From: an uncultured Acidobacteriota bacterium
GTDB taxonomy: Bacteria; Acidobacteriota; UBA6911; RPQK01; CBDAPI01
DNA: 64,000 nt
Assembly (NCBI GenBank): GCA_964569605.1
Contig: CAZMUJ010000088.1
Span: 6,281 to 70,280 of the forward strand
Direction of reading: 5' to 3'
Part shown: positions 1-8,629 of the stretch, in pieces
Numbering within the stretch: the first letter of the stretch is position 1
How the letters are laid out: every line of letters starts with the position of its first letter
Program-made: the position numbers and the translations under genes
Notes under the pieces: model-generated
The model's input: only the letters and a program-made list of their open reading frames with translations
Told to the model about the DNA's origin: nothing
Database searches by the model: none

Positions 1-1
1 T

Positions 2-652
2 ACCCAGCTTTTTATTACAGAAGGTGATAGTGCATCTGGAAGTATAACCAAAGTAAGGCAGGTCCAGATTCAGGCTGTGTTTTCCCTCCGTGGAAAACCG
101 CTTAACTGCTTTGGTCTCTCACGTAAAGTGGTCTACCAAAACGAAGAATTAAATCTCTTACAGCACGCCCTCGGAATCGAAGACGGGATTGATAACCTCC
201 GCTATAACCAGGTTATCATCGCAACCGATGCAGATGTTGATGGAATGCACATAAGACTCCTACTTTTGACCTTTTTCCTACAGTTCTTTACTGAATTAGT
301 CCGTACGGGACATGTCTATATTTTGCAAACACCCATCTTTCGGGTTCGTAATAAAAAGAAAACGATTTACTGCTATGACCAAAGGGAGAAACAAGAGGCT
401 ATCCTTAGACTTAATGGTAAAACAGAGATTACTCGATTCAAGGGGTTAGGTGAAATTTCCCCAATTGAGTTTAAAGACTTCATTGGTGATAACATTCGAC
501 TTGACCGTGTCCACTTACCCCATGAACTAAAAATCAAAGAGCACCTTAAATTCTATATGGGGAAAAATACCCCAGATCGAAAAGATTTCATTCTCAAAAA
601 TCTCATCACAGAGTCAATAGAAATTTCGTCAGCCTCGAATGAGGTGTCTTAA
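2..652 (+). CDS. Type IIA topoisomerase subunit B (ParE/GyrB-like), C-terminal portion; 5'-partial at window edge
   Basis: The reading frame is open from nt 2. It translates to ...[12 protein letters not shown] (TOPRIM EGDSAGGS motif), [28 protein letters not shown] and RKDFI, all hallmark GyrB/ParE C-terminal motifs. The stop TAA at 650-652 directly abuts the TTG start of the A subunit. Confidence 0.8.
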   Translation, partial: TQLFITEGDSASGSITKVRQVQIQAVFSLRGKPLNCFGLSRKVVYQNEELNLLQHALGIEDGIDNLRYNQVIIATDADVDGMHIRLLLLTFFLQFFTELVRTGHVYILQTPIFRVRNKKKTIYCYDQREKQEAILRLNGKTEITRFKGLGEISPIEFKDFIGDNIRLDRVHLPHELKIKEHLKFYMGKNTPDRKDFILKNLITESIEISSASNEVS

Positions 653-2665
653 TTGAGTAGCCCTGGAAAAAACTCAAACAAAATCTCATCCAGTGATGCT
701 GAACTTGGGATTCAGAAAACCTATAAAGACTACTTTCTTCAATATGCCTCCTATGTAATCACCGACCGATCCATTCCTCAAGCTAAAGACGGACTAAAAC
801 CGGTACAACGTCGAATCCTTCATTCATTATGGGAAAACGAGGATGGCCGTTATAACAAAGTCGCAAATTTGGTTGGACATTGCATGAAGTACCACCCTCA
901 TGGTGATACTTCAATTTATGCAGCCCTTGTCACAATGGCACAAAAAGAACTTCTAATTGATACACAAGGGAACTGGGGAAATCCAGCAACGGGAGACTCG
1001 GCCGCAGCAGCTCGTTACATTGAGGCTCGTTTGACATCCTTTGCAAAAGAAGTAATGTTTGCAAAACATTTAACCGAATATCAGCTTTCCTATGATGGGA
1101 GAAATCGAGAACCAATCTGCTTTCCGACAAGATTCCCTCTTTTGCTAGCAACCGGAACGGAGGGCATTGCTGTAGGAATGACTACAAGAATTCTTCCCCA
1201 CAATTTCCTTGAGCTCTTAACTGCTCAGAAATCTTTCCTCGAAAATCATGAGTTCAAATTATACCCTGATTTTCCCACTGGTGGTCTAGCCGATATCAGC
1301 AACTACAACGACGGTAGAAAAGGTTCCCGTGTACGGGTCAGGGCCAAGATGGAAAACGGACCAGGGAAGTCTCTAATTATAAGAGAGCTCCCTTATGGAG
1401 CTACCACCCAGTCTCTCATCGAATCAATACTTAGTGCCAACGAAAAGGGTAAAATCAAGATCACACAAATAGAAGACAATACCGCTGAAAGGGTTGAAAT
1501 TATTGTCACTTTCCAAAGGGGCGTTGACATGTGTCAGGCTAAGCAAGCCCTTTATGCCTTCACAAATTGTGAGTTAACCCTGAGCTCCACACCAATGGTG
1601 ATTCGAAAGGATCGTCCAGAATTGTGCAGTATTTCCAACCTTCTAATCGACAGCACAAAAAGAACTAAGGCGCTCCTAAAACAAGATCTGGAATACCGTC
1701 GTGAACAATTGACCTGGGATTGGCACCGACTGCGTTTAGTTCACATTTTTGTCGAAAACCGAATTTATCTCCGCATTGAGCAGTGTAAAACCTTGAAATC
1801 TGTACTCCTTGAGATAGATAAGGGGTTGGAACCACATAAATCAAAACTACGAAACAACGTCACTAAAAAAGACCTCAACTATTTGACAGAGATCCCTATC
1901 AAAAGCATAAGTGCTTGGGATGCCAACAAAGCAATAGAAAAACTTAATAAAATTGACAGTCAGTTGGTAGCTATTCGTCGCAACCTTAGAAATCTTACTC
2001 TCTATACAATTAATTATATTGATTATCTGATAGAAACCTACGGCTCTGGGCGAGAGCGCAGAACAAAATTAACAACCTTTGACACAGTCAAAGCACAAAC
2101 TGTTGCTGCTAAATCTGAAAAATTGTATGCAGATCGAAAAGCAGGATTTATTGGGACAGACGCTAAAATCGGAACTGAGATTGGGCCCTGTTCTAACCTT
2201 CATGATGTGATGGTTGTCCTTAAAGATGGCACAATTCTGGTAACCAAAATATCACCCAAAAAATATGTTGGGGACAACATCATGTATATTCAGTTATTTG
2301 AGCCAGACACTCGACAAACCATCTTTAATGCTATTTATGAAGAAAAAGGAACGGGACGAGCCATAGTAAAACGTTTTAAGATTGGAGGTGTAACAAGAAA
2401 CAAAAACTATTCTCTAGGAAAGAAAGAGAATGTGATGAGAGCTCTGTTTTTTCAATCAGATGAAGCTCGCTTCTGTCATGTGCGGTTGAGAAAAAAACCA
2501 CGCATCAAGTTGAATCTCTACATTGATTTTCATAGCTACACTGTCAAAGGTAGAAATACTCGAGGAATAACCCTTACCCCTCACAAGATAGCTAGTGTGC
2601 GACAAATTTCTGAGCGCATTTACAATCAACGGATCATCTCTCACTCAAAGCCACATAATTTCTAA
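653..2665 (+). CDS. Type IIA topoisomerase subunit A (ParC/GyrA-like, short C-terminal domain, 670 aa)
   Basis: Contains DGLKPVQRRIL, YHPHGD and GDSAAAARYIE (catalytic Tyr region), which are canonical GyrA/ParC breakage-reunion motifs. There is no in-frame ATG near the N-terminus. TTG at 653 immediately follows the B-subunit stop, suggesting translational coupling. Confidence 0.85.
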   Translation: MSSPGKNSNKISSSDAELGIQKTYKDYFLQYASYVITDRSIPQAKDGLKPVQRRILHSLWENEDGRYNKVANLVGHCMKYHPHGDTSIYAALVTMAQKELLIDTQGNWGNPATGDSAAAARYIEARLTSFAKEVMFAKHLTEYQLSYDGRNREPICFPTRFPLLLATGTEGIAVGMTTRILPHNFLELLTAQKSFLENHEFKLYPDFPTGGLADISNYNDGRKGSRVRVRAKMENGPGKSLIIRELPYGATTQSLIESILSANEKGKIKITQIEDNTAERVEIIVTFQRGVDMCQAKQALYAFTNCELTLSSTPMVIRKDRPELCSISNLLIDSTKRTKALLKQDLEYRREQLTWDWHRLRLVHIFVENRIYLRIEQCKTLKSVLLEIDKGLEPHKSKLRNNVTKKDLNYLTEIPIKSISAWDANKAIEKLNKIDSQLVAIRRNLRNLTLYTINYIDYLIETYGSGRERRTKLTTFDTVKAQTVAAKSEKLYADRKAGFIGTDAKIGTEIGPCSNLHDVMVVLKDGTILVTKISPKKYVGDNIMYIQLFEPDTRQTIFNAIYEEKGTGRAIVKRFKIGGVTRNKNYSLGKKENVMRALFFQSDEARFCHVRLRKKPRIKLNLYIDFHSYTVKGRNTRGITLTPHKIASVRQISERIYNQRIISHSKPHNF

Positions 2666-2795
2666 AATTGAAATAATTCCCCATTAATATTCATTGCTCA
2701 AAGTAAATCCTCCTTAACCTCTGAAAACACAAAAACAACCTACCTTTCCATATGATAATATCTTTATCTAATTTAAGCCTATTGTTCTCTATCCA

Positions 2796-3830
2796 ATGGA
2801 AAAAACACGTCTTAAAGTTTTTAAAACTCTCTTCTATATTTTTCTCTTCCTTGGAATTTTAATTGGCAGCCCAGAGGCACAGCCACCGATCCAGGAAAAG
2901 AAGGACAAACCAGCTGGACAAGCTACTATTAGAGTCGGCGTGTCACAAATCCAGGTTGATGTTACGGTTCAGAACAAAGATGGAAATCTGATTCGAGGAT
3001 TACAACCTGAACATTTCAAGGTCTATGAGGACAAGATCCAACAAAAGATTATAAATTTTTCTCCTGTTCAAGCCTCTATGACAGCGGTTCTTCTAGTTGA
3101 ATACAGCAGTTACATCGTCAATAATCTTAGCTACCGTGCAGGATGGGAAATGCTTTATGAAGCATGGCTAGCATCTCGACTTTTTGTCAATGATATGCGA
3201 CAGGAGGATTGGATTGCACTGATTGCATATGACCTAAACTCAGAGATCCTTGTGGATTTCACTCAAGATCCCCACGAGGTCAACCATGCCATAAGTAAAC
3301 TTCGAAATCCGGGATTCTCAGAAAGCAATTTCTATGATGCGGTTATTGACACCCTGGATCGCCTTGAAGAGGTTGAAGGGAAAGTTTCGATTGTACTTGT
3401 GACAACTGGCCTAGATTCCTTTAGCAAGGCTAATCTCGGAAAACTTCTCAAAAGAGTTAAAAATACCAATGTAACTATATATGCAGTTGGTCTAGGTGGA
3501 AATTTTCTAGCTCGTAATGATTTCCAGATTCCTGGAACGGTACGACTCGACTTTCAGCAGGCAGAAGCCATTTTAAAAGCAATTACCAAGTCCACAGGTG
3601 GTGCCGCCTATTTCCCTCGCTTTACCACTGGCTATCCAAAGATTTTCAAGAATATAAGTACATTGGTTCGAAGTCGTTATTCCCTGAGTTATATCTCTTC
3701 TAACACCCAAGAAAATAAAAAGTTTCGCAAGTTGCGAATCAAGGTTGAAGTCGACGTGGATGGAAACGGCAAACCTGACAAACTAAAAGTCTTACACAAG
3801 GAAGGCTACTATCCGGGTAACAATAAGTGA
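2796..3830 (+). CDS. Secreted VWA-related domain protein (degenerate MIDAS)
   Basis: N-terminal signal peptide (FYIFLFLGILIGSPEAQ). The VWA-like core is AVLLVEYSSY ... IALIAYDLNSEILVDFTQD ... LVTTGLDS ... IYAVGLGG ... TGGAAYF, with the DxSxS motif replaced by EYSSY. Confidence 0.5.
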   Translation: MEKTRLKVFKTLFYIFLFLGILIGSPEAQPPIQEKKDKPAGQATIRVGVSQIQVDVTVQNKDGNLIRGLQPEHFKVYEDKIQQKIINFSPVQASMTAVLLVEYSSYIVNNLSYRAGWEMLYEAWLASRLFVNDMRQEDWIALIAYDLNSEILVDFTQDPHEVNHAISKLRNPGFSESNFYDAVIDTLDRLEEVEGKVSIVLVTTGLDSFSKANLGKLLKRVKNTNVTIYAVGLGGNFLARNDFQIPGTVRLDFQQAEAILKAITKSTGGAAYFPRFTTGYPKIFKNISTLVRSRYSLSYISSNTQENKKFRKLRIKVEVDVDGNGKPDKLKVLHKEGYYPGNNK

Positions 3831-3881
3831 TTTAATTACTAAAAATTGTCTTAGAGAAAAGAACTATTGGGATTCCTTCCC

Positions 3882-5021
3882 CTAACAAATCGGTATTTCT
3901 TCAACAACTTTTAGCCCAAATCCCTCCAGAGCAACAATTCTCTTGGGATGATTAGTTAGTAATTTAATTTCGTGCAAACCAATCTCTGTCAGAATCTGGG
4001 CGCCTACTCCATAATCACGAAAAAATTCCGTGAATGAATTGGAATTTTCAGCCTTGTTTTCCCGAGACAGAACTTTATTTATTTCCTTCCCTAACCTGTT
4101 ACTATTTTTGCCTCCTCCTCTCAGATATACGAATACACCTTTCCCTTCCTTTTCTATTTTTCGGAGAGACAGAGCAACTTCATTACCCTTCTGATCTGAT
4201 AGCTTGTGAAATACATCACTAAAGAGAGATTCCACTTGAACTCTGACAAGCACAGGTCCTTGAACATTTACCTCCCCCTTAATTAAAGCAAAATGCTGGG
4301 AAGCATCTAGCTGATTTTCAAAGACCATTAACTCAAATTCACCGTATTCACTCGAAAAAGGTAGTTGTTCAATTTTTTTCACAAAACGCTCTGTTTTTAG
4401 ACGAAACTTGATCAAATCCACAACAGACACAATGCGAATTCCATGTTGCTGGCGAAAGTTTTTGAGATCAGGCAATCTAGCCATTGATCCGTCTGTATTC
4501 ATGATTTCACAGATCACACCAGCTGGATTTAAGCCAGAAATCCGAGCTAGATCAACAGCCGCTTCTGTCTGTCCAGCCCTTTCCAATACCCCGCCCGGCC
4601 TTGCCCTTAAAGGGAAAACATGGCCTGGACGAATCAAATCTTCTGAGTTTGTTTTGGCATCTATCGCAGTTAAGATTGTTGTCGCTCGATCAGCCGCAGA
4701 AATTCCGGTTGAGACTTTTTTTCGAGCCTCAATGCTAACGCAAAAAGCAGTCTCATGAGGAGATTCGTTCTGAGACACCATGAGTGGAACATTTAGCTTA
4801 TCCAAAACTATCCCCTGCATGGGAAGACAGATGAGACCGCGACCATGGGTAGCCATGAAATTTATCGACTCAGCAGTTACTTTCTCTGCCGCCATCGTCA
4901 AATCACCTTCGTTTTCACGTTCTTCCTCATCAACTACAATCACCATCTTTCCCTTACGAATGTCCTCGACTGCATCTTCGACTAAATCCAAACCATTATT
5001 TTCGGTAGATATTGATGACAT
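3882..5021 (-). CDS. ribBA: Bifunctional RibBA-type protein: 3,4-dihydroxy-2-butanone-4-phosphate synthase fused to a degenerate GTP cyclohydrolase II-like domain (RibBX-like)
   Basis: The N-terminal half has the RibB (DHBP synthase) pattern DEEERENEGDL ... GRGLICLP ... ARPGGVLERAGQTEAAVDLARISGL. The C-terminal half aligns to RibA, but the zinc-ligand Cys triad is absent (RVQVESLFSDVFHKLSDQKG versus RVHSECLTGD...CDCG). Confidence 0.85.
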   Translation of the reverse strand: MSSISTENNGLDLVEDAVEDIRKGKMVIVVDEEERENEGDLTMAAEKVTAESINFMATHGRGLICLPMQGIVLDKLNVPLMVSQNESPHETAFCVSIEARKKVSTGISAADRATTILTAIDAKTNSEDLIRPGHVFPLRARPGGVLERAGQTEAAVDLARISGLNPAGVICEIMNTDGSMARLPDLKNFRQQHGIRIVSVVDLIKFRLKTERFVKKIEQLPFSSEYGEFELMVFENQLDASQHFALIKGEVNVQGPVLVRVQVESLFSDVFHKLSDQKGNEVALSLRKIEKEGKGVFVYLRGGGKNSNRLGKEINKVLSRENKAENSNSFTEFFRDYGVGAQILTEIGLHEIKLLTNHPKRIVALEGFGLKVVEEIPIC

Positions 5022-5049
5022 TGAGATTCCTATTCTATATAAACTCTAG

Positions 5050-6243
5050 TTATCTTATTGGAGCTAATTTCTTAATCCAACGTAGCGCGGACTTTTTAGG
5101 ATTAACAACTCGACTAAGCTTTGTTTTATACATTTGAGTTGAGTACTGTGCAAGTATAGGATTTTCCCTGTCCTCTATGAAGCACCACTCTCCTCCACGA
5201 CTGTCCTCTAGAACAATGACAGGACAACTATTTATCTCTTTGTTAACACTGATATTAATTTTCTCACGCCGGGAAAACTTAATTTTTTGGTATCTAGAAC
5301 CCAAAAAAACCTTTTTAGTTTTTTTTCGCACTAATTGGTCATATTGTGAACGCGACAACCAAATGGTCATTTCATCTGTAGAGACCATATCCACTCCTAC
5401 CTTAAACAATCCTCGTAGTGTGTAACTCTTGGCTTTTTCTACGGCGCTCGTTAGAAGCTGCACTGTCCCTTGATCTTGGAAAGTTTCCCACTCCATTAAG
5501 ATGTCTGGCTGGTAACGAGCTACACGAATCACAATTTCACTCGTAGTGCCCCTGGACTGGTTCTCATAGACAAGAATAGTATTTGCAATAACATCAAAGG
5601 AAGCGGCCTGAACCCCTCCAATAGATGTTAAAAAAACCATTAAGAAGCCAACTAGAAGCTTTTTGATATGCAATTCTACATATTTGCTAATCATGTCAAT
5701 CTCTATGTTTACCAGGTCCGAGATTTTATAATGGCAAAGGTTCGTCATTTCTTGCGTGTGTGGAATTATAGTTACTTCAAACCATTCTTTCCCCAAAGCT
5801 GAAATTGTAAGACTGACACCATTTAAGGTGATGCTACCTTTCAAAGTACAGTAGCAAAGAATTCGCTTAGAAGCTTTAATTCTAAGGATCTTTGAATTTC
5901 CTTCTTCACAAACCTTAGTAAGTATTCCTGTGCCATCGACATGACCCTGCACCAAGTGACCTCCTAGGAAATCACCAAACCGAGCAGCTAGCTCTAAATT
6001 AACCGTGTCTCCTTCCTTGCGAATTCCAATGTTAGTTAAACGCAGGGTCTCTGGTGTAACCTCCAACTGAAAATTCTTTTTTTTGCACCCTACCGTGGTT
6101 AGACAAACCCCATCCACACTTATACTATCGCCGACATTGAGGTGGTTGGCCATTGCTTTTGATTCAATAGTAAGCACAATTCCATCTACCGTCTTTTCGA
6201 TCTTAATCAGTCGGCCTAGTTCAGTCACAATACCAGTAAACAT
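5050..6243 (-). CDS. ribE: Riboflavin synthase (alpha chain) with ~195-aa C-terminal extension of unknown function
   Basis: The N-terminal ~200 aa (MFTGIVTELG ... two lumazine-binding repeats ... IDMISKYVELHIKK) is typical riboflavin synthase. The frame then continues without a stop through a hydrophobic segment (LLVGFLMVFLTSIGGVQAA) and ~175 more residues. It ends 28 bp before ribBA. Confidence 0.8.
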   Translation of the reverse strand: MFTGIVTELGRLIKIEKTVDGIVLTIESKAMANHLNVGDSISVDGVCLTTVGCKKKNFQLEVTPETLRLTNIGIRKEGDTVNLELAARFGDFLGGHLVQGHVDGTGILTKVCEEGNSKILRIKASKRILCYCTLKGSITLNGVSLTISALGKEWFEVTIIPHTQEMTNLCHYKISDLVNIEIDMISKYVELHIKKLLVGFLMVFLTSIGGVQAASFDVIANTILVYENQSRGTTSEIVIRVARYQPDILMEWETFQDQGTVQLLTSAVEKAKSYTLRGLFKVGVDMVSTDEMTIWLSRSQYDQLVRKKTKKVFLGSRYQKIKFSRREKINISVNKEINSCPVIVLEDSRGGEWCFIEDRENPILAQYSTQMYKTKLSRVVNPKKSALRWIKKLAPIR

Positions 6244-6747
6244 GTACTCTCCATTATAACGCAGAGAAGCTTTAACGACCTTGAAAAAGAGTCCTGATAT
6301 CTCTTCTATATTCCTGATAATATTAGAGTTTTTCTGTTTTTTTTTAAACTAACCTTAAAAAAATCTATTTCAAATCTAATTCGACAAAAGAGGAAAAGTC
6401 GATTCTGGAAAGCTCTTACTATTTAAACCTCTTAGGTATTCTAATATTTCGTGACTGCCATTACGGAAATTACGTAGTATTGACTATAGATCGTAATCTA
6501 TCCTTTTCTAATAAATCAGACTAGCACCATAGTAAACCTATGTGAGATAACTACTCCTAATGTCAAATCAGTCTCTTTAAAAGACAAATTATCAGTGGGA
6601 TATTAGGATGCTTAAACATTCTAACTAAACAGCGATCCAGAGGGACCTTATTCTGAATTCATTTTTCCACTTTCTTCTTGCCCGACGCTTTAACATAACC
6701 ACGAACTATCTGAAAATTCTATTAGGAAAGGGCGACCATATTTAAAA

Positions 6748-8220
6748 ATGCAGTTTGGTTCTGTTGACTATGCTGTTCTTTTCACCTATCTAATTTTAAC
6801 AACAATCCTAGGTATCAGGCTTGGACGGGGATCATCTAGCAGCACCCAGGACTATTTTTTTGCGAGCCACACTCTACCTTGGTGGGCTCTTTCTCTATCA
6901 ATCGTCGCTACAGAGACAAGTACCCTTACCTTTATTGGTATCCCAGCTTTTTCATATAGCGGAAATTTAAGTTTTTTTCAGATTGCTTTAGGTTATGTTT
7001 TGGGGAAAATTGCAGTCAGCTTTATTCTAATACCTGCGTATTTTAGAAATGACATCAAAAGTGCCTACGAAATTCTAAAATCACGCTTTGGTACAAAGAT
7101 AAGGAACTTCACAGCTGGACTGTTTCAACTGAATAGAATACTTGCAGACGGGGTCCGTTTATTCGCAACCGCTCTTGTTCTTTCTGTTGTAACTCAAATC
7201 TCAGATTTTTGGACCGTTGTTATAATCGGCTCAATCACAATAATTTATACCTTTTACGGTGGAATAAAAGCCGTTGTTTGGAACGATGTTCTTCAACTTA
7301 TTGTCTATTTGATCGGCGCCACGATCGCGTTTTATTTCCTTTTAATACGTGTTCCTGGAGGATGGCAAAATATATCTTATTTAGCCGAGCATACAAATAA
7401 ACTGCGGATCACAGAATTTAGTTTCTCTATTGAAAACCCCTACTCTTTTGTAGCCGCTATTGTGGGCGGAGCTTTTCTAACTTTTGCCACACATGGGACA
7501 GATCAAATGATGGTACAGCGATATCTATCCTGTTCCTCTCAGAGCAAGGCCCAGAAAGGATTGTTGCTCAGTGGATTGATTGTAACACTCCAATTTAGCT
7601 TATTTCTAATCATTGGAACCCTTCTATATTCTTTCTATCAGCACTATCCTAACCACAACCTCCCTTCCGATAGCCAGCGCATTTTTCCTTTCTTTATTGT
7701 CGAAGAAATGCCTCAAGGGATATCAGGACTTATGATTGCTTCTGTCTTTGCGGCTGCTATGTCAACTTTAAGCAGTTCTCTTAATTCCCTTGCTTCTTCT
7801 ACCTTAAATGATTTTTACCTTCCATATAGGAGTTCACGAACCAGCGGGAAAAATAATGTGTTGCTATCCAAGGTTTTCACGGTAATCTGGGGAATATTTC
7901 TTATTGGTGTTTCCCTACTCGCTCGTAATTGGGGAAGCGTTTTAGAGGTTGGATTGAGTATTACCAGTGTGGTAATGGGAGCTGTTCTCGGTGCCTTTTT
8001 AATTGGACAGTGGACCCGAGTCAAAAGCGAGCTAGCTGTATTGACAGCCATGATTAGTGGACTCGTTGTAGTTTTATTAGTTATTTGCAATCGAACTTAT
8101 GACTGGAAGTTGTTTCCCTCAATTGGATGGACCTGGTACATCCTTATAGGGGCTACAACCACCATAGTTGTCGGTATTACCCTTGACAAGATTCGGGATT
8201 ACTCTAATGCAAAGATCTGA
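6748..8220 (+). CDS. Sodium:solute symporter family (SSF) transporter
   Basis: 490-aa polytopic membrane protein with an SSF-like N-terminus (VDYAVLFTYLILTTILGI...FFASHTLPWWALSLSIVATETSTLTFIGIP). Confidence 0.7.
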   Translation: MQFGSVDYAVLFTYLILTTILGIRLGRGSSSSTQDYFFASHTLPWWALSLSIVATETSTLTFIGIPAFSYSGNLSFFQIALGYVLGKIAVSFILIPAYFRNDIKSAYEILKSRFGTKIRNFTAGLFQLNRILADGVRLFATALVLSVVTQISDFWTVVIIGSITIIYTFYGGIKAVVWNDVLQLIVYLIGATIAFYFLLIRVPGGWQNISYLAEHTNKLRITEFSFSIENPYSFVAAIVGGAFLTFATHGTDQMMVQRYLSCSSQSKAQKGLLLSGLIVTLQFSLFLIIGTLLYSFYQHYPNHNLPSDSQRIFPFFIVEEMPQGISGLMIASVFAAAMSTLSSSLNSLASSTLNDFYLPYRSSRTSGKNNVLLSKVFTVIWGIFLIGVSLLARNWGSVLEVGLSITSVVMGAVLGAFLIGQWTRVKSELAVLTAMISGLVVVLLVICNRTYDWKLFPSIGWTWYILIGATTTIVVGITLDKIRDYSNAKI

Positions 8221-8629
8221 GTTTATGAGAAGCATACATCATCCCACAACTCCATCTTCATTCGAATGGTAATTGAAAGATTAGGGATATATGTATATAT
8301 CCCTACTGGGAACCCAAAACCCTTGAAAAAAAGAATAAATTGTGGGTAATTGAACTTCTTAACTACCATATATAAACACTAACTCCCTTTACCTAAACCC
8401 TCTCAATCTCTTATCCTACCGCGGCACATGGAAGGCCTTTGCACCCTCATTTACAAAGAAGTACACTCTTTTCTGGCTCCACAAAATCCTTTAAAACTCC
8501 TGTCCCTAATTTCAGATTTCCTAATGCTGACCACCTTCTTATGATGCAATCGATGTACAATAGAATTCCCTATTCCAGTTATTTTTTAAAATCTAGGAAC
8601 TCTAATTTCTGGTCTGCAGTTATTCAGCA

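Noticed and set aside
930-5425. Multiple 60-116-aa ORFs antisense to or overlapping the topoisomerase, ribBA and ribE genes (for example 930..1151, 2456..2644, 4034..4222, 4408..4758, 4780..5049, 5177..5425)
   Set aside because: They are entirely embedded in strongly supported CDSs on the opposite strand and their composition is that of mirror-image coding sequence. No independent evidence supports them. The same applies to similar antisense ORFs throughout the window (7209..7400, 7815..8090, 22379..22658, 24282..24536, 25377..25879, 29399..29639, 32703..33014, 33247..33949, 37893..38111, 38629..39128, 57906..58403 and others).
6244-6747. Looked for an FMN riboswitch (RFN element) upstream of the ribE-ribBA operon
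   Set aside because: The reverse complement of this 500-bp leader shows none of the conserved RFN blocks (GGGCAGGGTGAAATTCCC, CCGACAGT, GGATGGG). The region is AT-rich with no recognisable riboswitch core. It cannot be excluded without a covariance-model search.
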